A stretch of DNA of 61,993 nucleotides from Thauera sp. (lineage in GTDB: Bacteria; Pseudomonadota; Gammaproteobacteria; Burkholderiales; Rhodocyclaceae). The DNA lies in the NCBI GenBank assembly GCA_030603925.1, contig JAUVWV010000001.1:1-61993 (forward strand), read 5' to 3'. A program made the translations under genes and the position numbers. Below are positions 1 through 10,238 of the stretch, piece by piece (positions within the stretch are counted from its first letter, which is position 1; each line of letters starts with the position of its first letter). The notes under the pieces were generated by a model. The model was not told where the DNA came from and did no database searches. It was given only the letters and a program-made list of their open reading frames with translations.

Positions 1-44
1 CCCAGAAGCGCCGCACCGTCACCATCGTGCCCGCTGCTGCCTGA
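1..44 (+). CDS. rpmA: 50S ribosomal protein L27, 3' end (partial)
   Basis: Frame from base 3 reads QKRRTVTIVPAAA*, like an L27 C-terminus; lies directly upstream of obgE-proB, the conserved rplU-rpmA-obgE-proB order. Confidence 0.75.
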   Translation, partial: QKRRTVTIVPAAA

Positions 45-61
45 TCCCGGTAAACCGGTCC

Positions 62-99
62 AAAAAGCCCTATCCTTGCGGTAGGGCTTTTTTGTTTTT
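62..99 (+). terminator. Rho-independent terminator after rpmA
   Basis: AAAAAGCCCTAT-loop-GTAGGGCTTTTTT followed by GTTTTT. Confidence 0.85.
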
Positions 100-120
100 G
101 GCCATCGCAGGCAACTATCC

Positions 121-1415
<1,295 letters not shown>

Positions 1416-1429
1416 GCCTGGTGCAAGCA

Positions 1430-2545
1430 ATGAGAGCCAAGATTCGTGATGCACGCCGCCTGGTGATCAAGGTCGGCAGCGCCCTGGTGACCAACAACGG
1501 CACCGGGCTGGACAAACAGGCCATGGCCGACTGGGCGCGCCAGATCGCCGCGCTGCGCGACACGGGCAAGCGGGTCGCGCTGGTGTCCTCCGGCGCGATC
1601 GCCGCGGGCATGCAGCGCCTCGGATGGCACAAGCGCCCGCACGAGATGCATCGCCTGCAGGCCGCCGCCGCGGTGGGCCAGATGGGTCTGGTGGAAGCCT
1701 ACGAGGAAGCTTTCGCGCGCCATGGCCTGCACACCGCGCAGATCCTGCTCACCCACGAGGACCTGGCCGACCGCAAGCGCTACCTGAATGCGCGCTCGAC
1801 GCTCAACACCTTGCTCGACCTCGGGGTGGTGCCGATCATCAACGAGAACGACACCATCGTCACCGACGAGATCAAGTTCGGCGACAACGACACCCTCGGC
1901 GCGCTGGTCGCCAACCTCATCGAAGCCGACGCTCTGATCATCCTGACCGACCAGAAGGGCCTGTACACCGCGGACCCGCGCCGCGACCCGGCAGCCGAAC
2001 TGATCTCCGAAGGCCAGGCCGAGGACCGGCGCTACGAGGCCATGGCCGGCGGCGCGGGCAGCGGCATCAGCAAAGGCGGCATGATCACCAAGATCCGCGC
2101 CGCCCAACGCGCCGCGCGCAGCGGTGCGCACACCTGCATCGCCAGCGGCCACGAGCAGGATGCGCTGGTCCGCCTGGCCCAGGGCGACACGCTGGGCACC
2201 CTGCTCTACGCCAGCAGCACCCCGCTGCAGGCCCGCAAGCAATGGCTGGCCGACCATCTGCAGCTGGCCGGCAGCCTGATCCTCGACGAAGGCGCGGCAG
2301 CCGCGCTGCGCACCGGGCGCAGCCTGCTGCCGGTGGGGGTGCTGGAAGTGCGCGGCGAGTTCGAGCGCGGTGCCGCAGTCTCCCTGCACGGCGCGAGCGG
2401 CGAGGAACTGGGGCGCGGACTGATCAACTACAACAGCACCGAATCGCGCCGCATCGCCCGCCGGCCGAGCAGCGAGATCGAGAGCGTGCTGGGCTACATC
2501 GACGAGCCGGAACTCATCCACCGCGACAACATGGTGGTGCGCTGA
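1430..2545 (+). CDS. proB: Glutamate 5-kinase
   Basis: [31 protein letters not shown]-terminal PUA domain ending HRDNMV; ATG 1430 preferred over GTG 1421. Confidence 0.97.
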   Translation: MRAKIRDARRLVIKVGSALVTNNGTGLDKQAMADWARQIAALRDTGKRVALVSSGAIAAGMQRLGWHKRPHEMHRLQAAAAVGQMGLVEAYEEAFARHGLHTAQILLTHEDLADRKRYLNARSTLNTLLDLGVVPIINENDTIVTDEIKFGDNDTLGALVANLIEADALIILTDQKGLYTADPRRDPAAELISEGQAEDRRYEAMAGGAGSGISKGGMITKIRAAQRAARSGAHTCIASGHEQDALVRLAQGDTLGTLLYASSTPLQARKQWLADHLQLAGSLILDEGAAAALRTGRSLLPVGVLEVRGEFERGAAVSLHGASGEELGRGLINYNSTESRRIARRPSSEIESVLGYIDEPELIHRDNMVVR

Positions 2546-2576
2546 CGCGCCTGCGCGAAACGGCTGCTGCAAAGGA

Positions 2577-2646
2577 CAAGGGAGCCTGACGGCTCCCTTG
2601 CTCCTCCCCTTTCACAAGCACCGGCACTCTTACGGTGCCTTGGTGC
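2577..2646. terminator. Two hairpins between convergent proB and pepA
   Basis: CAAGGGAGCC-TGAC-GGCTCCCTTG (2577-2600) and GCACCGGCAC...GTGCCTTGGTGC (2618-2646). Confidence 0.65.
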
Positions 2647-2656
2647 GTTTCTCCGC

Positions 2657-3505
2657 TCAGCGCTGCACGCGGCGGCGGCGTACCAGACCGAGACCGAGGA
2701 GACCGATACCCATCAGGGCGACGGTGCCGGGCTCGGGTACGGACAGACGGAACTGGCCGTTGTTGCTGACGAAGAAGGAGCCCAGCGCCGGATCGTTCAC
2801 CCAGGTCCCCGGCAGACCGGTGGATTCGAAGATCTCGTCGGCAAAGGTCGTATTGAGCTGATCGGTCGGGATCTGGTTGGCATTCACCGTAGCGAAGCCG
2901 AACAGCAGGCCCATCGGATCATTCACCACATCGGCCATGTCCATGGTCAGCCCGGCGTCGAAGAAGAAGTAGCCGGCCGCAAGGAAGGTGGCCTTGGCGA
3001 TCAGTTCGACCTGACCGTTGGCGATCGGTGTGCCGTCCGGATTGACCTGCAACCCGCCGCCGATGACCTCGAAGGTGGCGATCGGCATGCCGTCGACCCC
3101 GAAGATACCGGTGGTGCTGCCCCACTGACCCAGCGGGATGGAGTAGAGGTTCAGGGTGCCGCCGGTGAAGGTGGCATCGCCGCCGAAGGTCCCGTTGCCG
3201 GTGGCATCGAACAGCGCCGCCAGTTCGCGGGTCTGGGTTGCGTTATAGGGCAGGCCGAAGTCATGCGAGGTCGAGCGCACGGCCCCCCACTCTTCGAAGG
3301 TGAAGTTCGCACCACCGGTCGGGGTCAGTACGATGTAGGCACCGCCTACGATGTCCAGGAAGCTGGTGATGTGGGTTGCGCCGCCGGCACCGCCGGCGCC
3401 GTCGGCATCGAGGTACCAGTTGGTGACCACAGCCGACTGCGCTGCGGAGGCCACCGCCATCCCGGCAGCGACCAGCGTTGAGGCAAGGAATTTGCGGATG
3501 TTCAT
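2657..3505 (-). CDS. pepA: PEP-CTERM protein of the flocculation-associated PepA family
   Basis: Signal peptide MNIRKFLASTLVAAGMAVASAAQSA after an AGGAG RBS; NWYLDADG near the N-terminus; ends SNNGQFRLSVPEPGTVALMGIGLLGLGLVRRRR (PEP motif, TM helix, Arg cluster). Confidence 0.9.
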   Translation of the reverse strand: MNIRKFLASTLVAAGMAVASAAQSAVVTNWYLDADGAGGAGGATHITSFLDIVGGAYIVLTPTGGANFTFEEWGAVRSTSHDFGLPYNATQTRELAALFDATGNGTFGGDATFTGGTLNLYSIPLGQWGSTTGIFGVDGMPIATFEVIGGGLQVNPDGTPIANGQVELIAKATFLAAGYFFFDAGLTMDMADVVNDPMGLLFGFATVNANQIPTDQLNTTFADEIFESTGLPGTWVNDPALGSFFVSNNGQFRLSVPEPGTVALMGIGLLGLGLVRRRRVQR

Positions 3506-3566
3506 CTCGATCTCCTGTGGGCTGACCGTCTGGTGCAACATTCATCAGAGGGCTCGCCAACAAGAC

Positions 3567-3582
3567 AGCAGATTCCAGGCCA
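3567..3582 (-). promoter_or_regulatory. Sigma54 -24/-12 promoter of pepA
   Basis: Minus strand TGGCCTGGAATCTGCT = GG-N10-GC, about 60 bp upstream of the start codon. Confidence 0.8.
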
Positions 3583-3668
3583 CACGCCGCACAAATCTCC
3601 CATGTATTTGTTTTATCTAATTTTTCAGATGAACATCCGCTACCGCACCCAGGCGCGCAAAGCATTAC

Positions 3669-3685
3669 TGTACAGAATCCCGACA
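3669..3685. promoter_or_regulatory. Putative PrsR enhancer (PEP-CTERM box, TGT-N11-ACA)
   Basis: TGTACAGAATCCCGACA about 90-100 bp upstream of the sigma54 site, with an AT-rich tract (3601-3630) in between. Confidence 0.7.
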
Positions 3686-3701
3686 GCCCCCGGCACGCGC
3701 A

Positions 3702-4769
3702 TCAGGAGGCCAGCAACGCGGACACCGGCTGCCGCACGGAACGGGCCGATGCGCGCGCACCGGCACCCACGCGGCACAGGAACACCCCCGTATCGCGTGC
3801 GTCGAGGATGGCGTCGACGGCCGCAGCCACCCCCGCGATCGCTTCATTGACGCCCGCCGACCTCGATACGGCCGCGCGATGCACGCCGTACCAGCGGAAG
3901 ATCAACGGCGTCATCTCGGGCTGCAGGCGCAGATCGAGCGATTCGGCGGTGAGCCACACGCGCTGCATGGCCACGCCTGCATGGACATAGTCCTCCAGCG
4001 ACACTGGGGCGCGCTCGGCGCGCACCAGCAGGTGCGCGGCGCACAGGATGGCGGGCAGAAAATCGAGCTGGATGCGCGGCGCCACCGTGCCGAACAGATA
4101 GCGGTTGAAGAAATCCACCCGCTCCCAGCTTTGCATCACCCAGCGCATCAGGCGCGCGGTAAGCGGATCGACACCCACCGCCTGATCGGGGATGCGGTCC
4201 TCGCTGAAGCGCGCGTTCCACTCGATGACTTCCTTGTGCACCCGGTAGGCTTCCGGGCAGGTCAGGCGGATGCGGGCGTTGTCCCACAGCAGCCCGGCAA
4301 TACGCCGGCGCTGCGCGAAGGATTCGAACAGCTCGACCGAGTAGCCCGGACCGGCTGCGCCCTGCAGCGCCGCACGCTGGGCTGCGCTGAGCGGCGTGGT
4401 CTGCAGCGGGCGGCGCTGCACGCTGCGCGTCTCGACGAAGGGCAGCAACGGATCGGCGCGCAGCGCTGGGGCGTCGGTCAGCTTTACATCGAACACCGGG
4501 GCCGTATCGGGCGTGCCCGGGCGGCGCGCCCAGACGGCGTCCAGGCCGTGTGCGGTGGCGGCGATGCGCAGGGTTTCCAGCAGCGCGCCATGCGCCATGT
4601 GGCTGGCATGCCCGTCGAAGTCGTAGATGCACCACTCGCGGGTGTCGTGGCCGTGCACCGCGATGTGATCGCCGGCGACGATCTCGAAGCGCCAGGGCTG
4701 GGTGTTGTCGCCGCTCGGCGCCCAGCGGGCCAGATCGAGGATCTTCAGCAGGATGTCGCGCTCAGCCAT
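3702..4769 (-). CDS. Nitroreductase-fold flavoprotein (resembles the C-terminal half of ThiF-nitroreductase enzymes)
   Basis: ARWAPSGDNTQPWRF, RSVQR and AGVAMQRVWLTA motifs; start MAERDILL with GGAGG RBS, overlapping the ThiF gene stop by 8 nt. Confidence 0.85.
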   Translation of the reverse strand: MAERDILLKILDLARWAPSGDNTQPWRFEIVAGDHIAVHGHDTREWCIYDFDGHASHMAHGALLETLRIAATAHGLDAVWARRPGTPDTAPVFDVKLTDAPALRADPLLPFVETRSVQRRPLQTTPLSAAQRAALQGAAGPGYSVELFESFAQRRRIAGLLWDNARIRLTCPEAYRVHKEVIEWNARFSEDRIPDQAVGVDPLTARLMRWVMQSWERVDFFNRYLFGTVAPRIQLDFLPAILCAAHLLVRAERAPVSLEDYVHAGVAMQRVWLTAESLDLRLQPEMTPLIFRWYGVHRAAVSRSAGVNEAIAGVAAAVDAILDARDTGVFLCRVGAGARASARSVRQPVSALLAS

Positions 4770-5661
4770 GTTGCCCTCCGGAGGTACGCATCTTCGCCAG
4801 CTGCTTGCGGGCGATCCATAATCCGAGCCGCTGCAGCGGGTTGCGGTTCCCGCCCGGACGCCAGGTGTGCACAAAGCGCTGGCGGTAGGCGTCGAACTGG
4901 TAGCCATGCGGCGCGGCCCGCAGCGTGCCGCGGCCGAGCAGGATCTTCAGCGCTTCGGTGGCGGTCACCCCGGCGCACAGCTGGCAGGCGGCAATGGTGG
5001 ACGGGCCACGCTGCTCGGCCAGGTTCACCCGCGAGGGATCGGCCAGGTAGCCGCGCTGCAGCATCGCCGGCGACAGGCCGAGCAGAAAGCGCACCGACAT
5101 CTCGTCCTTGTCGCAGCCTTCGAGGCAGAAGTAGTCCTCGAAGGACATGCCGCCCGGCAGGAACACCAGCAGGGCGGTGCCCATGCCCAGCGGCGCGGCG
5201 GTGACCGCCGGAATGCCCAGCCGGTGGCAGGCCGCGAAGGTGGCGCGGCGCGCCTCGAAAGCAAAGAAATCCAGGCCGTCCACGTAGAGATCCACGCCGC
5301 GCAGGAAATCGTCCAGATTGTCCTGCGAGACGCCCTGCGGAAAGCGCCGCAGCGTCAGCCCCGGGTTGATGTCGGCCGCCATCTCGGCGAGCACGTCCAC
5401 CTTCGGGCGGCCCAGCGCGGACACCACCGCACCGGCCTGGCGGTTGAAATTGACCACGTCGAAGGTGTCGAAGTCGGCGATGTTGAAGGCGCCGATGCCG
5501 AGCCGCGCCAGGGTCAGCAGATGCACCCCGCCCACCCCGCCCATGCCGGCAATCGCCACGCGCTTGCCGCGCAAGGCCTGCTGCTCGGCGACCGTGACCC
5601 AGCCGATATTGCGCGAGAAGGCGGCATCGTAGTCGAAGCCGGTATCCGTCGAGGCAGCCAT
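4762..5661 (-). CDS. ThiF/E1-like adenylyltransferase
   Basis: FSRNIG, VAIAGMGGVGG, IADFDTFDVVNFNRQ, PKV, YVDGLD motifs. Confidence 0.92.
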   Translation of the reverse strand: MAASTDTGFDYDAAFSRNIGWVTVAEQQALRGKRVAIAGMGGVGGVHLLTLARLGIGAFNIADFDTFDVVNFNRQAGAVVSALGRPKVDVLAEMAADINPGLTLRRFPQGVSQDNLDDFLRGVDLYVDGLDFFAFEARRATFAACHRLGIPAVTAAPLGMGTALLVFLPGGMSFEDYFCLEGCDKDEMSVRFLLGLSPAMLQRGYLADPSRVNLAEQRGPSTIAACQLCAGVTATEALKILLGRGTLRAAPHGYQFDAYRQRFVHTWRPGGNRNPLQRLGLWIARKQLAKMRTSGGQHG

Positions 5662-5744
5662 TCAACGACTCCTTAGTCATCGTCGATACTGCAGCTATCA
5701 TAGAGAAGCACTCCCGCGGTTGAAACCGTTCGATGAGGTGAGCA

Positions 5745-6971
5745 TTGTCCGCGCCCCTGGCCCAGACCGTCCTGCTGGCTGCCCGCAACCTGCTCCGGCA
5801 ACGCCGGCGGGCGCTGCTGGCGCTGGCCACGGTGTGTGGCGGCGTGGTCGCCTATCTGCTCGCCGGTGGTTTCATCCACTGGATCTTCCAGGACATGCGG
5901 GAGTCCACCATCCACTCCCAGCTCGGTCACATCCAGATCACCCGGCCGGGCTACTTCCGTGAAGGGCTGGGCGACCCGTACAGCTATCTGTTGCCCGCGG
6001 ACGCCACGGCGGCCAGCGAAGCGGGCGGCGGCGTGCGTACCGTGGCGCCCCGTCTGGCCTTTAGCGGCCTGGTCAGCAAGGGCGATGACACCGTTTCCTT
6101 CGTCGGCGAAGGCATCGATCCGGCGCGCGAGGCGCCGATCACGCGCGCCATCACCATCGTCGCCGGACGCGACCTGACCGACAGCGGTCCCGATGCCGTA
6201 CTGCTCGGCGAGGGCCTGGCGGCCAACCTGGGCGCCGCACCGGGCGACCTGGTGGTGCTGCTGGCGACCACCGCCGACGGCGGGATCAACGCGGTGGAAC
6301 TCGAGGTGGCCGGGCTGTTCGCCACCATCACCAAGGCCTACGACGACACCGTGCTGCGCGCGCCGATCGAGATCGCGCGCCGCCTGATGCGGGTCGAGGG
6401 AGCGACCAGCTGGGTGGTGCTGCTCGACGACACCGAGGCCACCGGACGCACCGCCAGCGCGCTGGCGAACCGCCTGCCGCCGGACGCCTTCGAGATCATC
6501 CCGTGGTCCGATCTGGCGGACTTCTACAACAAGACCGTCGAACTGTTCTCGCGCCAGGTCGGCGTGGTGCGCATCCTGATCGCACTGATCGTGGTGCTGA
6601 GCATCTCCAACACCCTGTCGATGGCGGTGATCGAGCGCACCAGCGAGATCGGCACCTCGATGGCCATCGGCGTGCGCCGGCGCGGCATCCTCGGGCTGTT
6701 CCTGTGGGAAGGCGCGCTGCTCGGCGTGGCCGGCGGCGTCATCGGCGTGGCGCTGGGCTATCTGTGCGGCGCACTGGTGTCGGCCATCGGCATTCCGATG
6801 CCGCCGCCGCCCGGCATGGCGCGCGGCTATGTCGGGCAGATCGCCATCTCCCCCGCACTCGCGCTGGACGCCTTCCTGCTCGCCTTCGTCACCACCCTGG
6901 TGGCCAGCATCTTCCCGGCCTGGAAGGCCTCCCGCATGAACATCGTCGACGCCCTGCGCCACCAGAGGTGA
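5745..6971 (+). CDS. ABC transporter permease, FtsX/LolE/MacB family
   Basis: AARNLLRQRRR N-terminus, TM, large periplasmic domain, ERTSEIGT..AIG motif, ends ASRMNIVDALR; TTG start after GAGGTG. Confidence 0.9.
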   Translation: MSAPLAQTVLLAARNLLRQRRRALLALATVCGGVVAYLLAGGFIHWIFQDMRESTIHSQLGHIQITRPGYFREGLGDPYSYLLPADATAASEAGGGVRTVAPRLAFSGLVSKGDDTVSFVGEGIDPAREAPITRAITIVAGRDLTDSGPDAVLLGEGLAANLGAAPGDLVVLLATTADGGINAVELEVAGLFATITKAYDDTVLRAPIEIARRLMRVEGATSWVVLLDDTEATGRTASALANRLPPDAFEIIPWSDLADFYNKTVELFSRQVGVVRILIALIVVLSISNTLSMAVIERTSEIGTSMAIGVRRRGILGLFLWEGALLGVAGGVIGVALGYLCGALVSAIGIPMPPPPGMARGYVGQIAISPALALDAFLLAFVTTLVASIFPAWKASRMNIVDALRHQR

Positions 6972-6976
6972 CCCGG

Positions 6977-8191
6977 ATGCTGTTCAAGCTCGCCCTGCGC
7001 AACATCTTCCGCCAGAAACTGCGCACCGGCATGACCCTGGCGGCCATCGTGTTCGGCGTCTCCGGCCTGATCCTCTCCGGCGGCTTCGTGCAGGACATCT
7101 TCCATCAGCTCGGCGAAGCCATCATCCACTCGCAGACCGGCCACGCCCAGGTGTTCCGCAAGGACTTCCTCGAACGCGGCACCCGCCAGCCCGACCGCTT
7201 CCTGATCGACGACCCGGAGGCCCTGGCGCAGCGCATCCAGGCCCTGCCGGAGGTCAACGAGGTCGCCGCGCGGCTCAACTTCGCCGGACTGATCAACAAC
7301 GGCCGGCGCGACCTGGCGATCATCGGCGAGGGCATCGAGCCGGACAAGGAGGGTCGGCTGGGCACCTATTTGCAGATCACCGCCGGGCGGCAACTCACCG
7401 ATGCGGACAGCTTCGGCATCCTGCTCGGCCAGGGCGTGGCGCACTCGATGAGCCTCGCGCCGGGCGATCCGGTGACCCTGGTGATGAACACCGCAGACGG
7501 CGCACTGAACACCCTGGATTTCGAGGTGGTCGGCGTCTTCCAGAGCTTCTCCAAGGACTTCGACGCGCGCGCGGTACGCATTCCGCTCGCTGCCGCGCAG
7601 GAGCTGATGTTCACCCCCGGCGCCAACCTGCTGGTGGCCACCCTGCACCGCACCGAGGACACCGACCGCGCCATGGCCGCGATCGATGCCCTGCTCGACC
7701 CCGCACAGTTCGAGGCACGCAACTGGCGCGAGCTGTCGGACTTCTACGACAAGACGCTGCAACTCTATGACCGCCAGTTCGGCGTGCTGCAACTGATCAT
7801 CCTGTTCATGGTGCTGCTGTCGGTGGCCAACAGTGTGAACATGAGCGCCTTCGAGCGCCTCGCGGAGTTCGGCACCCTGCAGGCGCTGGGCAACCGCAAG
7901 CGCGACGTGTTCCGCCTGATCGTCGTGGAGAACCTGCTGCTGGGCCTGCTGGGCGCCGTTCTCGGCGTCGTGACGGGGATCACGCTGGCCCTCGCGATCT
8001 CGGCCGTCGGCATCCCCATGCCGCCGCCACCCAATGCGAATGTCGGCTACACTGCCTTCATCCGCATCGTTCCGCTTACGGTACTCACCGCCTTCCTCAT
8101 CGGCTTTTCCGCCACCTTGCTGGCCGCGATCTTTCCGGCGCGCAAGGTGTCCGCAACCCCGGTGGTCGAGGCCCTGAGACAAGGCACCTGA
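6977..8191 (+). CDS. ABC transporter permease, FtsX/LolE/MacB family (paralog)
   Basis: MLFKLALRNIFRQKLRT, ERLAEFGTLQALG, GIPMPPPP shared with the upstream paralog; real start ATG 6977 inside the longer called ORF. Confidence 0.9.
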   Translation: MLFKLALRNIFRQKLRTGMTLAAIVFGVSGLILSGGFVQDIFHQLGEAIIHSQTGHAQVFRKDFLERGTRQPDRFLIDDPEALAQRIQALPEVNEVAARLNFAGLINNGRRDLAIIGEGIEPDKEGRLGTYLQITAGRQLTDADSFGILLGQGVAHSMSLAPGDPVTLVMNTADGALNTLDFEVVGVFQSFSKDFDARAVRIPLAAAQELMFTPGANLLVATLHRTEDTDRAMAAIDALLDPAQFEARNWRELSDFYDKTLQLYDRQFGVLQLIILFMVLLSVANSVNMSAFERLAEFGTLQALGNRKRDVFRLIVVENLLLGLLGAVLGVVTGITLALAISAVGIPMPPPPNANVGYTAFIRIVPLTVLTAFLIGFSATLLAAIFPARKVSATPVVEALRQGT

Positions 8192-8211
8192 GCTGCGCCG
8201 GGGGTTCCATC

Positions 8212-9000
8212 ATGCTGCTCTTCGAACGCTTCAACCTCGGACACGGCTTCCGCAAGTACTTCCGCATCGCCCCGGCAGTCGACGACACCCTGCGCGACCG
8301 GGTCTACCGCATCCGGCACGAGGTCTATTGCGAGGAACTCAGGTTCGAGCCCGAGCGCCCGGACCGGCGCGAGACCGACGAATACGATCCGCACAGCCTG
8401 CACTGCCTGCTCACCACCAACACCGACCCCGAGAACCCGGTCGGATGCACCCGGCTGGTGCTCGCCAAGCCGGACGACCCGGCTTACCTGCTGCCTTTCG
8501 AACGCACCTGCGCCAACACCCTGGACCGCCGCATCATCGATCCGGCGAAACTGCCGCGCGAGCGCATCGCCGAGGTCTCGCGCCTCGCGGTACGCGCCAC
8601 CTACCGCCGGCGGCGCGGCGAGACGCGCGACGAGGCGCCGATCCATGACGAGGACTTCGGCAAGGGCGACCGCCCGCGCTTCCCCTACATCCCGATCGGC
8701 CTCTACCTCGGCGCGGTGGCGCTGGCCGCGCGCAGCGGCATCGACACCCTGTTCGTGCTCACCGAGCCGCGCCTGGCCTCGCACTTCGCCCGTCTCGGGG
8801 TGGAGATCCGGCAGATCGGCGGGGGCGTCGATCATCGCGGTCTGCGGGTACCGTCGATGATGGACGTGCAGGGCATCATCAAGAACATGCGCATGATCGT
8901 GAAACCGATCTGGCGCGTCATACACGAAGAGATCGAACGCGGTTTCGAGCAGAGGGCCGGCGGCTCACGACTTAGCGACCGGCCCACCGACCACCCCTGA
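8212..9000 (+). CDS. PEP-CTERM/exosortase-associated acyltransferase (N-acyl amino acid synthase-like, GNAT fold)
   Basis: YRIRHEVYCEEL.FE, ETDEYD.HS.HCLL, GCTRLV, LPFE, AEVSRLAV...YRRR, VDHRGLRVP motifs. Confidence 0.88.
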   Translation: MLLFERFNLGHGFRKYFRIAPAVDDTLRDRVYRIRHEVYCEELRFEPERPDRRETDEYDPHSLHCLLTTNTDPENPVGCTRLVLAKPDDPAYLLPFERTCANTLDRRIIDPAKLPRERIAEVSRLAVRATYRRRRGETRDEAPIHDEDFGKGDRPRFPYIPIGLYLGAVALAARSGIDTLFVLTEPRLASHFARLGVEIRQIGGGVDHRGLRVPSMMDVQGIIKNMRMIVKPIWRVIHEEIERGFEQRAGGSRLSDRPTDHP

Positions 9001-9369
9001 CGCCTCCGCGGCCCGCGCACCCGCCGCCTCACCTGCCGCCTCTCGCGCCGCGAGGGCATCGCCCAGCGCGCCGGTGAGCGGCTTGACGCCCACCTTGTGC
9101 GCGGCGCGCGATACCGCGTGCGCGGCCAGCGGTGCGGTGGCCAGCAGCACCAGCAGCGCGAACATCGCCTCCAGCGCCACCTCCCCGCTGGTGGCCGCCG
9201 CCACCCCGCCCAGCACCATCGCCGCACCCAAGGCCCCCGCCTTGCTCGCCGCATGCATGCGGCTGTAGCAATCGGGCAGGCGCAGCACGCCGATCGCGCC
9301 GATCAGGCAGAACGCTGCGCCGCCCAGCACCAGGGCGGACGCCAGCCAGGCGAGCAACGAACCGTTCAT
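8965..9369 (-). CDS. mrpG: Monovalent cation/H+ antiporter subunit G
   Basis: GVLRLPDCYSRMHAASK, TAPLAAHAVSRAA. Confidence 0.92.
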   Translation of the reverse strand: MNGSLLAWLASALVLGGAAFCLIGAIGVLRLPDCYSRMHAASKAGALGAAMVLGGVAAATSGEVALEAMFALLVLLATAPLAAHAVSRAAHKVGVKPLTGALGDALAAREAAGEAAGARAAEASGVVGGPVAKS

Positions 9370-9746
9370 GCCCCCCTCCCGCCATCCGGCCCGCCATCCG
9401 CCGCGCCATACAGCTCATCGCCGCGTTGCTCGCCGGTCGCCAGTTCGCCGGCTCGCCGTTCCGCCGCCGTCTTGCGCGGCGCGAACATCAGCATGAAGGC
9501 GGTGGTGCCGAGAAAGGACACCAGCGCCAGCACCACCGCCGCATCCAGCAGCACCGCCTGGGCGGTGGCCAGCGCCACCAGGGCCACCACCGCGACGCCG
9601 AGCAGGGTCAGCGCGTCGATCGCCACCACCCGGTCGGGCGCGGTGGGGCCGCGCAGCAGGCGCACCATGATCAGCGCAGCGCTCACCCCCTGCAGGATGA
9701 AGGCCAGCGGCAACACCCAGGCTGCCCCCACCATATCGACCGTCAT
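9366..9746 (-). CDS. mrpF: Monovalent cation/H+ antiporter subunit F
   Basis: RLLRGPTAPDRVVAID, LALVSFLGT. Confidence 0.92.
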   Translation of the reverse strand: MTVDMVGAAWVLPLAFILQGVSAALIMVRLLRGPTAPDRVVAIDALTLLGVAVVALVALATAQAVLLDAAVVLALVSFLGTTAFMLMFAPRKTAAERRAGELATGEQRGDELYGAADGGPDGGRGA

Positions 9747-10237
9747 TGCATCCTCCTTGCGTCGCCGTTGCCGGCGTCCAGCCAGGCCAGCAGGCGCGCC
9801 TCGATGCGCCGCACGCCCTCCTCCACCGCCGCCGCCGAATCGGTATCCAGCGCGTGCACGTACAGCATGCCGTCCTCGCTGCGGTAGTGCAGCGCCAGCG
9901 TGCCGGGGGTGAGCGTCAGCAGGCAGGCCAGCAAGGTGGCGACGCGCTCGTCCCGCCTCACCAGGGCCACCTCCACCACCGCCGGGGAAATCGCCACCCG
10001 GCGCCCCAGCACCAGGCGGGCGACATCCAGGCTGGCCTTCAGCACCTCCAGCATGAACCAGCCGGCGAAGCGCACGCCGAGTTCCAGGCGCAGCACGTAG
10101 CCACGCAGCCCCATCAGACGCGAGGACAGCTTGAGCAGCAGATAGATCAGGGTGAACGCGGCCAGCACGCCCAGCGGCGTCAACCCGTCGGCAAAGGCGG
10201 CCAGCCCCACGGCCAGCAACAGATGCATGCCGAGCAT
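9743..10237 (-). CDS. mrpE: Monovalent cation/H+ antiporter subunit E
   Basis: LTLTPGTL, LYVHALD. Confidence 0.92.
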   Translation of the reverse strand: MLGMHLLLAVGLAAFADGLTPLGVLAAFTLIYLLLKLSSRLMGLRGYVLRLELGVRFAGWFMLEVLKASLDVARLVLGRRVAISPAVVEVALVRRDERVATLLACLLTLTPGTLALHYRSEDGMLYVHALDTDSAAAVEEGVRRIEARLLAWLDAGNGDARRMQ

Positions 10238-10238
10238 T

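Noticed and set aside
4762-4769. ThiF/nitroreductase split read as a frameshifted fusion pseudogene
   Set aside because: The downstream gene has its own GGAGG RBS and ATG with a tidy 8-nt overlap, which fits two coupled genes.
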